Shown: positions 48,801-62,836, numbered from the stretch's first letter. The stretch is 64,000 nt of DNA from Octopus sinensis (GCF_006345805.1 NC_043020.1:3906001-3970000); one strand, 5' to 3'. Numbers and translations are program-made. The notes: generated by a model not told the origin, from the sequence alone.

Positions 48801-51800
48801 CTGTTGTTGGTTCTTCAGTTGTGACTGTCGTTGGTTCTTCAGTTGTTACTGTTGTTGTTGGTTCTTCAGTTGTGACTGTTGTTGTTGGTTCTTCAGTTGT
48901 AACAGTTGTTGTTGGTTCTTCAGTTGTGACTGTTGTTGTTGGTTCTTCGGTTGTGACTGTTGTTGTTGGTTCTTCAGTTGTTACTGTTGTTGTTGGTTCT
49001 TCAGTTGTAACAGTTGTCGTTGGTTCTTCAGTTGTGACTGTTGTCGTCGGTTCTTCAGTTGTGACCGTTGTTGTTGGTTCTTCAGTTGTGACTGTTGTTG
49101 TTGGTTCCTCAGTTGTAACAGTTGTTGTTGGTTCTTCAGTTGTGACTGTTGTTGTTGGTTCTTCGGTTGTGACTGTTGTTTTTGGTTCTTCAGTTGTTAC
49201 TGTTGTTGTTGGTTCTTCAGTTGTGACTGTTGTTGTTGGTTCTTCAGTTGTAACAGTTGTTGTTGGTTCTTCAGTTGTGACTGTTGTTGTTGGTTCTTCA
49301 GTTGTAACAGTTGTTGTTGGTTCTTCAGTTGTGACTGCTGTCGTTGGTTCTTCAGTTGTGACTGTTGTTGTTGTTGTTTCTTCAGTTGTTACTGTTGTTG
49401 TTGGTTCTTCAGCTGTAAATGCTGTCGTTGGTTCTTCAGTTGTGACTGTTGTTGTTTGTTCTTCAGTAATGAATGTTGTTGTTGGTTTTTCAGTTGTAAA
49501 AGTTGCTGTTGGTTCTTCAGTTGTGACTGTTGTTGTTGGTTCTCTGGTTGTGACTGTTGTTTTTGGTTCTTCAGTTGTTACTGTTGTTTGTTCTTGAGGT
49601 GTGACTGTTGTTGTTGGTTCTTTAGTTGTGACAGTTGTTGTTGGTTCTTCACTTGTGACTGTTGTCGTTGGTTCTTTAGTTGTTACTGTTGTTGTTGGTT
49701 CTTCACTTGTGACTGTTGTTGTTGGTTCTTCAGTTGTGACTGTTGTTGTTGGTTCTTCAGTTGTGACTGTTGTTGTTGGTTCTTCAGTTGTAACATTTGT
49801 CGTTGGTTCTTCGGTTGTGACAGTTGTCGTTGGTTTTTCAGTTGTTACTGTTGTTGTGCGTTCTTCAGTTGTAACAGTTGTCGTTTGTTCTTCAGTTGTG
49901 ACTGTTGTTGTTGGTTCTTCAGTTGTGACTGTTGTTGTTGGTTCTTCAGTTGTGACTGTTGTTGTTGGTTCATCGGTTGTGACTGTTGCTGTTGGTTCCT
50001 CAGTTGTTACTGTTGTTGTTGGTTCTTCAGTTGTAACAGTTGTCGTTTGTTCTTCAGTTGTGACTGTTGTTGTTGGTTCTTCAGTTGTAACAGTTGTCGT
50101 TGATTCTTTAGTTGTTACTGTTGTTGTTTGTTCTGCAGCTGTAACTGCTGTCATTGGTTCTTCAGTTGTGACTGTTGTTGTTGGCTCTTCGGTTGTGACT
50201 GTTGTCGTTGCTTCTTCAATTGTGACTGTTGTTGTTGGTTCTTCAGTTGTGAGTGTTGTTGTTGCTTCTTCAGTTGTGACTATTGTTGTTGGTTCTTCAG
50301 TTATGACTGTTGTTGTTGGTTCTTCAGTTGTTACTGTTGTTGTTGGTTCTTCAGTTGTGACTGTTGTTGTTGGTTCTTCAGTTGTGACAGTTGTTGTTTC
50401 TTCAGTTGTGACAGTTGTCGTTTGTTCTTCAGTTGTGACTATTGTTGTTGGTTCTTCAGTTGTGACTGTTGTTGTTGGTTCTTCAGCTGTAACTGCTGTC
50501 GTTAGTTTTTCAGTTGTGACTGTTGTTGTTGGTTCTTCGGTTGTGACTGTTGTCGCTGGTTCTTCAGTTGTTACTGTTGTTGTTGTTTCTTTGGTTGTGA
50601 CTGTTGTCGTTGGTTCTTCAGTTGTGACTGTTGTTGTTGGTTCTTCAGTTATGAATGTTGTTGATGGTTCTTCAGTTGTGATAGTTGTTGTTGGTTCTTC
50701 GGTTGTGACTGTTGTCGTTGGTTCTTCAGTTGTTACTGTTGTTGTTGGTTCTTCGGTTGTAACAGTTGTCGTTTGTTCTTCAGTTGTGACTATTGTTGTT
50801 GGTTCTTCAGTTGTGACTGTTGTTGTTGGTTCTTCAGCTGTAACTGTTGTTGTTGGTTCTTCAGTTGTGACTGTTGTTGTTGGTTCTTCAGTTGTGACTG
50901 TTGTTGTTGGTTCTTCGGTTGTGATTGTTGCTGTTGGTTCTTCAGTTGTTACTGCTGTCGTTGTTACTACAGTTGTGACTGTTGTTGTTGGTTCTTCAGT
51001 TGTGACTGTTGTTGTTGGCTCTTCGGTTGTGACTGTTGTCGTTGGTTCTTCATTTGTTACTGTTGTTGTTGGTTCTTCAGTTGTGACTGTTGTTGTTGGT
51101 TCTTCAGTTGTGACTGTTGTTGTTGGTTCTTCAGTTGTGACAGTTGTTGTTGGTTCTTCGGTTGTGACTGTTGTTGTTGGTTCTTCAGTTGTGAGTGTTA
51201 TTGTTGGTTGTTCAGTTGTGACTGTTATTGTTGGTCCTTCAGTTGTGACTGTTGTTGTTGGTTCTTCAGTTGTGACTGTCGTTGTTTGTTGTTCAGTTGT
51301 TACTGTTGTTGTTGGTTCTTCAGTTGTGACTGTTGTTGTTGGTTCTTCAGTTGTGAGTGTTGTTGTTGGTTCTTCAGTTTTGACTGTTGTTGTTGGTTGT
51401 TCAGTTGTGACTGTTGATGTTGGTTGTTCAGTTGTGACTGTTGTTGTTGGTTCTTCAGTTGTGACTGTTGTTGTTGGTTCTTCAGTTGTTACTGTTGTTG
51501 TTGGTTCTTCAGTGGTGACTGTTGTTGTTGGTTCTTCAGTTGTGATTGTTGATGTTGGCTCTTCAATTGTCACTGTTGTTGTTGGTTCTTCCGTCGTGAC
51601 TGTTGTTGTTGTTTCTTCATTTGTGACTGTTGTTGTTGGTTCTTCAGTTGTGACTGTTGATGTTGGTTCTTCAGTTGTGACTGTTGTTGTTGGTTGTTCA
51701 GTTGTTACTGTTGTTGATTCTTCAGTTGTTACTGTTGTTGTTGGTTCTTCAGTGGTGACTGTTGTTGTTGGTTCTTCAGTTGTGACTGTTGTTGTTGGTT

Positions 51801-52913
51801 GTTCAGTTGTTACTGTTGTTGATTCTTCAGTTGTTACTGTTGTTGTTGGTTCTTCAGTTGTTACTGTTGTCGTTGGTTCTTCAATGGTGATTGTTGTTGT
51901 TGGTGTTTCAGTTGTGACTCTTGTTGGTTCTTCACTTGTTACTGTTGTTGGTTCTTCAGTTGTGATTGTTGTTGTTGGTTCTTCAGTTGTGACTGTTGTT
52001 GTTCGTTCATCGGTTGTGACTGTTGTTGTTGGTTCTTCAGTTGTGACTGTTGTCGTTGGTTCTTCAGTTGTTACTGTTGTTGTTGGTTCTTCAGTTGTGA
52101 CTGTTGTTGTTGGTTCTTCAGTTGTGACTGTTGTTGTTGGTTCTTCAGTTGTGACTGTTGTTGTTGGTTCTTCAGTTGTGATTGTTGTTGTTGGTTCTTC
52201 AGTTGTGACTGTTGTTGTTGGTTCTTCAGTTGTGACTGTTGTTGTTGGTTCTTCAGTTGTGACTGTTGTTGTTGTTGGTTGTTCAGTTGTGACTGTTGTT
52301 GTTGTTACTTCAGTTGTCATTTTTGTTGTTGGTTCTTCAGTTGTGACTGTTGTCGTTTGTTCTTCAGTTGTTACTGTTGTTGTTGGTTCTTCAGTTGTGA
52401 CTGTTGTTGTTGGTTCTTCAGTTGTGACTGTTGTTGTTGGTTCTTCAGTTGTGACTGTTGTTGTTGGTTCTTCAGTTGTGATTGTTGTTGTTGGTTCTTC
52501 AGTTGTGACTGTTGTTGTTGGTTCTTCAGTTGTGACTGTTGTTGTTGGTTCTTCAGTTGTGACTGTTGTCGTTGGTTCTTCAGTTGTGACTGTTGTTGTT
52601 GGTTCTTCAGTTGTGACTGTTGTTGTTGGTTCTTCAGTTGTGACTGTTGTTGTTGGTTCTTCAGTTGTGAATGTTGTTGTTGGTTCTTCAGTTGTGACTG
52701 TTGTTGTTGGTTCTTCAGTTGTGACTGTTGTTGTTGGTTCTTCAGTTGTAACAGTTGTTGTTGGTTCTTCAGTTGTGACTGTTGTTGTTGGTTCATCAGT
52801 TGTGACTGTTGTTGTTGTTGGTTGTTCAGTTGTGACTGTTGTTGTTGGTTCTTCAGTTGTGGCTGTTGTTGTTAATTCTTCAGTCGTGCCTGTTGTTGAT
52901 TGTTGTTCAGTAT
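48801..52913 (-). CDS. Mucin (Thr/Glu/Pro) exon of cassette 3, 4113 nt, 1371 codons, phase 1-1
   Basis: Lies inside open ORF 48721-52941. Acceptor ttttacag|AT, donor G|gtaagt. Predominant 27-nt unit encodes TTVTTEEPT. Confidence 0.85.
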
Positions 52914-53059
52914 CTGTAAAAATATAATGCATGTTACACAATCTGTATTGCTAAAGCGTATCACACTTTCATGTGTGTTTGAGAGTGGTACCTCTCACTG
53001 ATACATCGTTGTGTTGAAATTGACTCTAAAACATATAATACTAAGAAAGTTAAATAGTC

Positions 53060-53098
<39 letters not shown>

Positions 53099-53326
53099 CT
53101 GGTGGCGGTGGTGGTGTTTGTGGTGGTGGTGTTAGTAGTAGTTGTAGTAGTAGTATTTTTTTTTAGTTGTAGTAGTTGTTGTGTTAGTAGTAGTAGTAAT
53201 AGTAGTAGTAGTAGTTATAGTAGTAGTTCATTTCATTGTTGTTGCCTTTGAAATATGTTATCGTTTTATCCTGTTAAAATTTACTGTGAAAGAATATAAT
53301 ACATCTGTCCGAATCTTTGCACTTAC

Positions 53327-53479
53327 TTTCGGAATTCACTTTCGTCTTTTCTCTTATTACACCTGTAATGTTATTGATGATGTCGCGGACAATCTCTACC
53401 TGGGGATCTGCACGTTTGAATTCCAAAATCAGGTCTGCAATCAGGCTACCGTTTCTGAAATCAAGAAAGATAATCTTTA
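53327..53479 (-). CDS. SEA-domain C-terminal exon, cassette 3
   Basis: ORF 53274-53495 reads FRNGSLIADLILEFKRADPQVEIVRDIINNITGVIREK. Donor gtaagt at 53327. Acceptor ambiguous (53454 or about 53479). Confidence 0.75.
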
Positions 53480-54401
53480 CTAACTGCACGAGCATTTTAC
53501 GAGAATTTGCAGAAGAACTTGTTATATTTGTGCAAGAACAGAAATCACCAGCAGAGATTTTCTCTCAACTCTGTTCATAAAATCCCTCTTGGTTTACCTC
53601 TTTATGAATCAGTGCAACGCTGCGTGATCTCCACCCTACATCGTTGAACAGGGCCTCTGCCGCACTTCAGAGAGCTAAGCAAATCCAGTTGAGAATGCAG
53701 ACAAACCCTGGCCAGAGATTTTTATTGCGAGAGAGCCATACGTATGGCAGTAGACTTCTCTCGTAGATTTTGATTCTTTAAAAAATCGCCTGAAGATTTT
53801 GCGCTTTCTCTTCCTTTTATGCAAACTATCAAATTCAGCCTGAATGTCCAGAACATTCACACACGCTTCTACTTCCCTATCACTTGCTGGGGGTCACTTG
53901 ATTTTCACGACTATGCCAAACATCAATATTTTTGCCAATTGCCCATTCACTTCCCTATAACAGCCTCTAACAACCCGCGTCGTTGCGCACCAACTGTCGA
54001 CAGTGTTTTCTCATTTGTGAATTCCTTAATTCCTTCCAACATGTGTCCATTAAACTTTCCTTGACCGCTTTTCCATCAGCTCTAATATACTCCCAGCCAT
54101 CGCTTGCATTTCTCATCTGTTTGCTTCTCCTTATAACAAAGAAAGACTCATCGACACACATGATATTCAGTTTCATTCCCCTTCCATATCTGCACATATG
54201 TGTCAGCCACAAAATATTCTGAGACATCTTGTCGAATAATCGCTGACACCTCTGAAGAAGAAAGTCTATAATACTACGTGTGTGTGTCTGTGTGTGTGTG
54301 TGTGTCTGTGTGTTTGTGTAATTGAACCGTATATAAACTGACCGATAGAACTGACCTTAATTGTGTAACATTATTGCCAAGATATGTGTCCGCCAACTCA
54401 C

Positions 54402-54423
54402 TGTTTGCCATAGATTCATCGAC
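54402..54423 (-). CDS. 22-nt microexon (VDESMAN), cassette 3
   Basis: Same sequence and splice sites as 45340-45361. Confidence 0.6.
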
Positions 54424-55902
54424 CTAAAAACACAAAAATAAAATTCAACATGTCTGAAATGAATGTTGATTATTGAAGCGTTTGCAATATTTGCCATTAT
54501 AAGAGATGCTTTTTTTTGTAAAATATTCTCTGTGTTTTGAATGTTGTAAATATTTCTCGAAATGCTAATTGAGTATATTTACTACTTTATTACTTTCATC
54601 ATTCTCTCTACTTGAAGATTACTTTCTTCCTACAACCCTATCCTTTGAGCTCACAATTATGTGTATTTCATGATAACAATTATCATGAAACAATATATAA
54701 ATTAATATTTTAACAATAAAAATCAAACATAATTCAATTTAAAACTTAAGTAATATTGTTATATAAATACGTTACTTATCTTATCGGAGAACATTTTATA
54801 ACTGAATCTTAAACGTGAAAATGTGTTAGCGTTTATAAGAAATTAAACTCGTGAAGATGTTTTGTAAAAGGATAGAATAAATTTATTAATGAAAATGACG
54901 AAATATATTTATTAATGAAAATAACGAAAAATATTTAAGCTTCTAGAATCAAAGAATAAGAGAACAACAAATCTATAAATGACTATTTCGTATAAGTTTT
55001 ACAATCCTAATATTTATTACGTAAAATATACATATTATATTTAAATTAATTTATTTTACTATAATTAATACATCTTAATAAATTTATATATTCATTTATT
55101 TATTAAGAAATATCCAAGTTTAAAAGTATTCAGATATAGTAATATAACATATAATATCATGCTAATTTATACACTAACACTACTGAATTATTTCTTCAAT
55201 AAATAAGTAACATACAATAGGGATTTATATAGACGTAAAACCTATTATATAGGTAAATAATTTTATGTTTGCATTTAATTCTACGCTCTTTAGGTTAATT
55301 GAACGATACATAATTATAATTAACTAATATTTCCTTAAATTCATTATTACACAAAAGACAAGATTTACTCCCTATACAATATGATTTTGTCTTACAAACT
55401 TTCTCCCAAGTTAATTTATAGTTAATATATTTAGATTTACGTGCCCAAATATATTTACTGAGGCCTGTTGAATTAATTAGATTTCTATTCCTGAAAGAAT
55501 ACATGAGTTGAGCCACTCTTAATTTATTTTGAAGGATATTCCTATAGCATCTAGAAAGGAATATATTTTAAAACTTAATGAAGATTTTATTACTAGGATT
55601 CAATGGAAATCCTACTATAATAGTTGTAACATATCTAACATTAATTATGTAGAGAATAATAATAATATTAAGTCAAAGTTTAAATCTACGAAGGAACCCC
55701 TATATAATAGAGAAATACAGGTTTTTAGAGGACAATATTTGGAAGGTAGTGAAACTATGTTCCACTGATGGATGTAACAGCCATTCTGCAACATGATGCG
55801 AAAGAAAAACTGAAGAAACGTCCAGAAGCACTGCAGAAACAATACTGCTCTGTCTTTAGAGTGAAGTTACCTGATTATTTATTATACTAAAATCCATCTT
55901 AC

Positions 55903-56018
55903 CCTTTGCAGAAATCTCAGCAACCTTCGTTTTGTGTCTCTCGCATTATTAAGATCCGAATATCTAGCTTCGTATTCCTCATTCAAGTGCATTTCTACAT
56001 TGACCGAACTAGTAACAC
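55903..56018 (-). CDS. SEA-domain N-terminal exon, cassette 3 (116 nt)
   Basis: Same splice sites as the other copies. Three extra nucleotides in total shift the last part of the reading to NNARDTKRRLLRFLQR but restore phase 0. Confidence 0.6.
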
Positions 56019-56088
56019 CTGTAGAAGAAATGACAGTGTGACTCTCTGTAAAATTCTTGGCCTTTAATTATCATTACTATTATTATTA

Positions 56089-56645
56089 TTGAGTGAGAGA
56101 ACAGTGCATGCCATCAATGTGACACTGGGGTAAAATATACGAAGCCGAATATACCCATCATGACTACACGTCTGGTAAGGGTATACCAGGCACATGCATC
56201 ACAACCATATGTGTGCGACATGGTGATCTCATACCAAGATAAACAGCACATGACCTTGCAGGTGGGGCCCAGTTAGAATTTTCCTCAGGTTGAGTAGCCC
56301 ATCCTGCTCAAAAGGTCCCTGAATAAGGGTTGTTTAAGGATGTTGAAAGAACCACCCATGTTTCCAGAGGTGAACTATTCAAACCCCAAAGAATCCCTCT
56401 CAACACATGGCTATGATGCTCCCCCACTACTTCTGCTCGTGATCAGAGATGCACATATCGTCAGCCACTAAGGGATATGCTCAACTGGTTAAAGTCAAAC
56501 AACTGACAAGCAAATCTGTGGTATTGTGCAGAATATTGCTGTAGCCCATCTTTTATACCAAGACAAAACAATGTACATGATAACATTCCAATCAGTTAAG
56601 ATCAGAAGCCATGAGAGCCACTGCCTGGCACTGCATCAGGGCATT
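56089..56645. mobile_element. Full-length ~560-bp interspersed repeat flanked by (ATT)n on both sides
   Basis: Starts ttgagtgagag after (ATT)n and ends gcatcagggcattt before (ATT)n. Confidence 0.85.
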
Positions 56646-56693
56646 TATTATTACTATTATTATTATTTTATTTTATTATATTATTATTATATT

Positions 56694-56735
<42 letters not shown>

Positions 56736-56939
56736 TATTATTATTATCATTGTCATTTACTTTTAATCTGCATGTTTGATGCAATCACCTGCCGGGGCAC
56801 ACCCAGCGCCCTAGGGCAAGTGAAGGTTAAGAGTTGTTGAAATATAGCTGAAAGCTTGGGGAGGGGAAGTAGAGATATATCTCCATGTAATGCAAACACA
56901 AACATTTACATTGATAGGGTTTTTCTAAGGATGTGGGCA

Positions 56940-57100
56940 GTACTTGTTAGCACATCTTTTGGATTTCCTTGAGACATGGTTTCCAGGGATGTTTGTCTAG
57001 GTGTTCTGCGATTCCTTTTTTTATCATACCTAGGGCACCTACAGTAACAGGAACAGTTTTTGTTTTAGATTCCACATCCTCTGTATTTCGATCTGTATTC
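56940..57100 (-). mobile_element. RLE-type LINE extreme C-terminal fragment
   Basis: Minus strand reads DVESKTKTVPVTVGALGMIKKG..HL.K.P..P.L.EIQK. Confidence 0.6.
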
Positions 57101-57101
57101 G

Positions 57102-57147
<46 letters not shown>

Positions 57148-57248
57148 TATTATTATTATTATTATTTATTATTATAATTATTAGATTATTATTACCTTAT
57201 TATTATTATTATTATTATTATTATTTTTATTATTTATTATTATTATTA

Positions 57249-57808
57249 TTGAGTGAGAGAGCAGTTCATCATGCCATCAAGTGACACTGGGGTAAAATAA
57301 CGAAGCCCAATATACCCATCATGACTACCCGTCTGATAAAGGACACCCCAGGCACATGCATCACAACCATATGTGCGCGACATGGTGATCTCATATCAAG
57401 ATAAACAGCACATGACCTTGCAGGTGGGGCCCAGTTAGAATTTTTCAGGTTGAGTAGGCCCATCCCGCTCAAACGGTCCCTGAATAAGGGTTGTTTAAGG
57501 ATGTTGAAAGAAACCACCCATGTTTCCAGAGGTGAACTATTCAAACCCCAAAGAATCCTCTCAAAACAATGGCTATGATGCTCCCCCACTACTTCTGCTC
57601 GTGATCAGAGATGCACATATCGTCAGCCACTAAGGGCATGCTCAACTGGTTAAGGTCAAAACACTGACAAGCAAATCTGTGGTATTGAGCAGAATATTTG
57701 CTGTAGCCCATCTTTTATACCAAGACAAAACAATGTACATGATCATACTTCCAATCAGTTAAGATCAGAAGCCATGAGAGCCACTGCCTGGTACTTCATC
57801 AGGGCATT
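57249..57808. mobile_element. Second full-length (ATT)n-flanked ~560-bp repeat
   Basis: Near-identical to 56089-56645, with many small indels. Confidence 0.85.
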
Positions 57809-57840
<32 letters not shown>

Positions 57841-57899
57841 ATTATTATTATTATCTATTATTATTATTATTATATTATTATTATTTATTATTATCAGTA

Positions 57900-58465
57900 G
57901 TTTTTTTTTATGGCGTGCTTTCACTTCAATACGTGTGCCTTGGGTAGTGCTGGTGTGATTTGTTGTGATGCTCTGATGGTTATTGTATGGAAAGTGTTCT
58001 GCGTAGGATGTGTGCAGGCCTAGTAGTGCAATTTTCTGTATGTTATATGTGTTTGTAAGTCCTGGTGTTTTTTTGGTATGTATTTGTCTGAATTTTTTAT
58101 CATGCCTAATGCATCTACTATGATAGGAATTGTTTCTGTTTCAGATTCCACATCCTAGTTACCTCTATTTCCAGGTCTTTGTATTTTGAGAGTTTTCATT
58201 TCTTTAGAGACACGTTGTCATCAGCCGGTATTGATACATCATTAGAAAGCCTTTTTTTCATGGTCTCTGACAACTATATCTGGTCTGTTGGCCTTAATTT
58301 CTCTATCTGTGTGTATCGGCATATCCCAGAGTATGGTTGCTTTTCGTTTTTCTGTGACCTTTTGGTGTGTGGCCTATACCATCTTTTTTCTGTTGTTATT
58401 CCTAATGTTGGCATAGTTTCCAATGTATGTAGGTTCCAACTCTGTCATGTCTGTGAATATATTCC
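57900..58465 (-). mobile_element. RLE-type LINE 3' end with an (AAT)n tail
   Basis: Minus strand reads YIHRHDRVGTYIHWKLCQH, ILWDMPIHTDREIKANRPDIVVRD, DVSIPADDN and IPIIVDALGMIKK. Confidence 0.8.
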
Positions 58466-58565
58466 NNNNNNNNNNNNNNNNNNNNNNNNNNNNNNNNNNN
58501 NNNNNNNNNNNNNNNNNNNNNNNNNNNNNNNNNNNNNNNNNNNNNNNNNNNNNNNNNNNNNNNNN
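58466..58565. other. Assembly gap (100 N)
   Basis: Run of exactly 100 n. Confidence 0.99.
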
Positions 58566-58592
58566 ATAGATAGATAGATAGATAGATAGATA

Positions 58593-61460
58593 GTATGTTT
58601 CTTATTAGCCACACAGGGTGCACACAGATAGAACAAATTACATGGTAGAGCTTTTCTTTTGAAGGTTAAAAAAAAAAAAATAAATAAATAAAAATAAAAA
58701 TAAACAAATAAAAAAAAAAAAAAAAGAAGGGGGAGTTTCCATCAAAAGGGATCGTAAAAGGAGAGAAAGAGGACAAAAAAAAGGGAGGAGAGGAGATAAA
58801 AAAAAAAATTGATCAATAGGGATCGTTATCACAGAATGTCAATATGAAGTGTAAAGGGGAGGACAGGTGAGGTTTACCCGTGGAAAGAAAAGCCTACGGA
58901 AAAGACCACGGTAACCTCGGTGTCAATGGAGTCACATGTTATATTTCTTTCTTTTTTTTTTGCGAATAAGCAACTCTCTGTTTTCAATTTCTGGGTTCAT
59001 AGGATCATGCTCAAGGTGGCTTCGTCATTCATTACGTGCCATTCTTGCTACATTCACCATCTTTTTTTAAAATATTCGCTAGACAAAACTTGCCTCTCTA
59101 CTCTCATTTCCTTTTCAAGTGGTACTTGAAGAAGTTGATGAGGAGATGGACCAGAGAGGAAAGTGTTGTCTCCAATCCTTTCAGACGCGTCCACCAGTAC
59201 ATTCTTTCGCCATAGCCACAAGGAGATGATGAAAATAGCTCTTCATTCCCGTTTTTGAAGGACAGGAGGCGTGACAATATTGACGATTAGACTCAGCTGA
59301 TAAACCGACTCGTCCCACACAGTGACAGCAGTTGTTCGACATAAGCCCACAGGTCGGAAATTGTTGGACACTGACACGAGTGCGTGCAGAACGGTTTCGT
59401 CGCTCTGACCGCATCTCGGCAGGTCGGCCCCCGTGTTTCTCGAGCCGTGTCTGTAGAGCTTATCCCGAAGGGTAGCGCTTCTCGGTAGCACTGCCAGGCC
59501 AGGGATCTCTGGAAGTTGTCCATGGGCACTGGCCGAAAGTCGTCCTGAACAGGCGGGTCAGGTACTCCTCGTCGACGTCCAGGTCGCCCCGAGCTCGTCG
59601 TCGTACCTCCCCTCCACTAAACCCCTATAGAATGCTTTGGTTGTGTTGAAGTCACTCAAGGTCGACCCAGGACGGCAGAGCCTTGCTTGAGAGCAACGCG
59701 ACACTCGCGGTGCCATTCGCCCTTCCTCGGCCTCTTTTTGATCCACGACTGCAGTTCGGTCATGGAGACGAGCTGCGGGAAAGCGTGCCTCACAAACGGC
59801 GACCAAACCTGTTCACGTCGTCTACATAGAGCCAGAGATGTCGCAGTCTCAGCGCGTGTCTGCGCATCATCAACCACGGCATGCCCAGCCCTCCTTTTAA
59901 CGGGTGTTGACAGCAAATGGATCGCCTGACCATTGGGACGCATCCTTTCCACAAGAAGCGAAAGAGAATGCGTTGTAGTTTGGTGATGGTAGGGTTCGGA
60001 CAAGGTACGACGGTCAGGCGGTAGTAGATGACGGACGCGATGTACGTGTTCGCCACCTCCGCCCGACCTTTTAGGGACAGTTTCCTCTCGGCCCATTGCC
60101 GGGCGAGAGTGACCACCCTACTCGTTATCTCGTTCCAGTTCTTCTCCACTTGGAGGTCCGGACCAAACCAGACCCCGAGCAACTCAACCGGGCCGTCGGT
60201 CCAGCGTCCCACGACGGAGGCGCTGGTGGACGGCATGGGCTTGCTTCTCCAGGTGCCTAGTCGCAAGCCCACTGACTTTTCCCGGTTGATTTCGCTCCTG
60301 TCACCGCTTCGTAGTTTTTCAGTGCTCGCCGACTGCTCGATGTGTCGTGGCTAGACACTATGACGGTGACGTCGTCGCGTATGCAGACACGCTCGTCCCG
60401 CATCCCAGTTCTCGCGGGATGCCTCTCAATGTTGCCAGCTTCCGCAATAATGGCTCGAGAGTCAATACGTATAGAAGCGACGAGAGGGGGCATCCATGAC
60501 GGACCGAACGTGAGATGTCGAAGGGTCTCGATAGATGTCCATTCACGCGAATTACCGAACGGATGCCTCTGTACAAAGCGGCTATCCAGCCGCGGAAGAC
60601 GGGACCGAAGCCAGCCGCTCCGAGGACCGCCTCCAAGTATCGATGGTCCACCTATCGAAAGCTTTCGATTGATCCAAATTGATCAGTGCCCCACCCATGC
60701 CAGGTTCGTTAACTACCTTTTCTATGATTGTAGCGCATCAGGTGGAGGTTGTCATGGATGGTCCGGCCTGGCACGGCGCATGTTTGCGCCTTGTCGACCA
60801 GTTCTCGATGACAAGCGCCAACCTCTTGGCTAGCACCTTGGCCAAAATTTCAAGTCTGCATTGAGCAGAGTGATGGGCCTAAAGTTATCTATTACATTTC
60901 CCTTGTTTAGATCTTTCTTCAGCAGTGTTACGGCTCCTCGGCTCACAAAACCAGGAGTGCTCCGTTTTGCTGCCAGTTGCAGTACACCGCCGCCAAGAGA
61001 TCTCCAAACAAGTCTGGCATACAATTGTAAAGCTCGTAGGGTAGACCATCCAAACCCGGTGATTTGTCCCTCGAGCATTCTGCCATCGCTTCCTGCACTT
61101 CCGCCGCCGTGATGGCACCTTCGCAGCACCCTGCCTTTCTTGTCGAGAGTCGTGGTAGGCTATGTAGGTAGGCACTGAAGTCCACCCTACGTTCTTGCCC
61201 TCCACTCGTTCCGAACAGTCGGGCAAAATGCTGCTGAAAGGCCTCAAACATTTTACTTGGCTCGAGCAATTCGCGCCCCCGTTCATCTACCAGTGACCGA
61301 ATGGGGCTTTGTTGCCCTGTTGCGCCTCTGCCACCGGGCTCTCTCGCGGCTCAACACCTTCGTTCCTTAGAGCACGCATCCTAGCTCTGACAGCACATCC
61401 TTCGTGTTTGGCGTTGAAGTGTTGGTCGAGGGCCAACCGCGCCGCCAAAACGTCGGATGC
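58593..61460 (-). mobile_element. 5'-truncated Tx1-like LINE (RT domain, 3' ORF2 and 3' UTR) between (GATA)n tracts
   Basis: Reads DKSPGLDGLPYELY, FRPITLLNAD, GCPLSSLLYVLTLEP, SAYA(D)DVTVIV, LLGVWFGPD, HPLKGGLGMP and CPRCG. Many frameshifts. Confidence 0.88.
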
Positions 61461-61583
<123 letters not shown>

Positions 61584-62469
61584 GAGTTCAGCAAAAATTT
61601 AATTTCAGATGAATATGGTACTTAAGTTGAGGTACTAGAATTTAGTACGATATTATCCATACAATTTCAAAGTAAGGTGATTAAAATCAAAATAAGCAAC
61701 AAGGATATCCAGAGGTAATGCAGTACGATCGTTTCATGCAGCTCCATTTAATTGAACAATGCAATCATTACATCAATTTAAAATGCAGAGCAATCTTCAG
61801 CTGCACAAAGACATAGAATTTAATTAGATTAGAACAGATGGACACATTAGTATAATTATACTTAAAATCTCCAAGAAGTTAAGGAGATAGGCAAATAACA
61901 TGCTGTCTCACTCCAGTTTAGAAGTTACTGAATTTTCAAGAAGATATACATTGCTACAGACTCTGACTGTCACTGATTTTTTTTTTATGGGGTCAGTTTT
62001 AATTTATAGACGAGTTTATCAAATCCCTTGTATATCTAAGGCTGAGAGAACAGAGGACAATATCTGTTAGGGGTAGAGCTGAGGGAGCAGACAGACATCA
62101 TAATTGGTATAGTCATGAGGTTTGGTAAAGGAAAACTTAAAACAAGATGTTGGCTGACAATTAAGGGGGTCACCCACTAGCAGACCATTGATAATGAAAC
62201 AGGGAAAGTCTTATCATGTAAAACAATGTAAAACAATGTAACACAATGCTGCTATATTGTATACAACTAAAGTTTAGGGTTATTCAGAGGATTATTAAGA
62301 AGAATATTATAACAAAAGGATAGAAATTTATGAATACTCTTGAGTATATACCAAACTTGTACCACAACTGAGGGAGGAAAAGAAATTATCCAGAAATAGT
62401 TTAATATTTGTACATACTGTACACTTAAATATTAACTCATCAGATGGTATCTGTGAATATTGATTTATT

Positions 62470-62572
62470 GGTATATACTCGAATTTATACCAGTATTTTG
62501 CCGAACCGCTAAGTTATGGGAATATAAACACAGCAACATCGGTTGTCAAGCAATTGTAGAGGTACAAACACA

Positions 62573-62637
<65 letters not shown>

Positions 62638-62730
62638 GCAAACAAATATACACATATATACGACTATTCTTTCAATTTCCATGCACGAAGTCCACTCACA
62701 AAACTTTGGTCGGCCTGAGGCTATAATATA
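62470..62730 (+). mobile_element. SINE with central (CA)n
   Basis: gccgaaccgctaagttatggg..aaacacagcaacatcggttgtcaag..(CA)n..atatacgac..tttc..ccactcacaa..tttggtcggcctgaggctata. Confidence 0.75.
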
Positions 62731-62803
62731 TACATACATACATACATACATACATAGATACATACACACATACAGGACATACATATATATATATATATAT
62801 TAT

Positions 62804-62836
<33 letters not shown>

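Noticed and set aside
49601-52927. 1108-aa Val/Gly/Ser/Thr ORF antisense to the mucin exon (also 41268-42953)
   Set aside because: A by-product of the repeat. It has a non-ATG start and no splice or expression signals on the plus strand.
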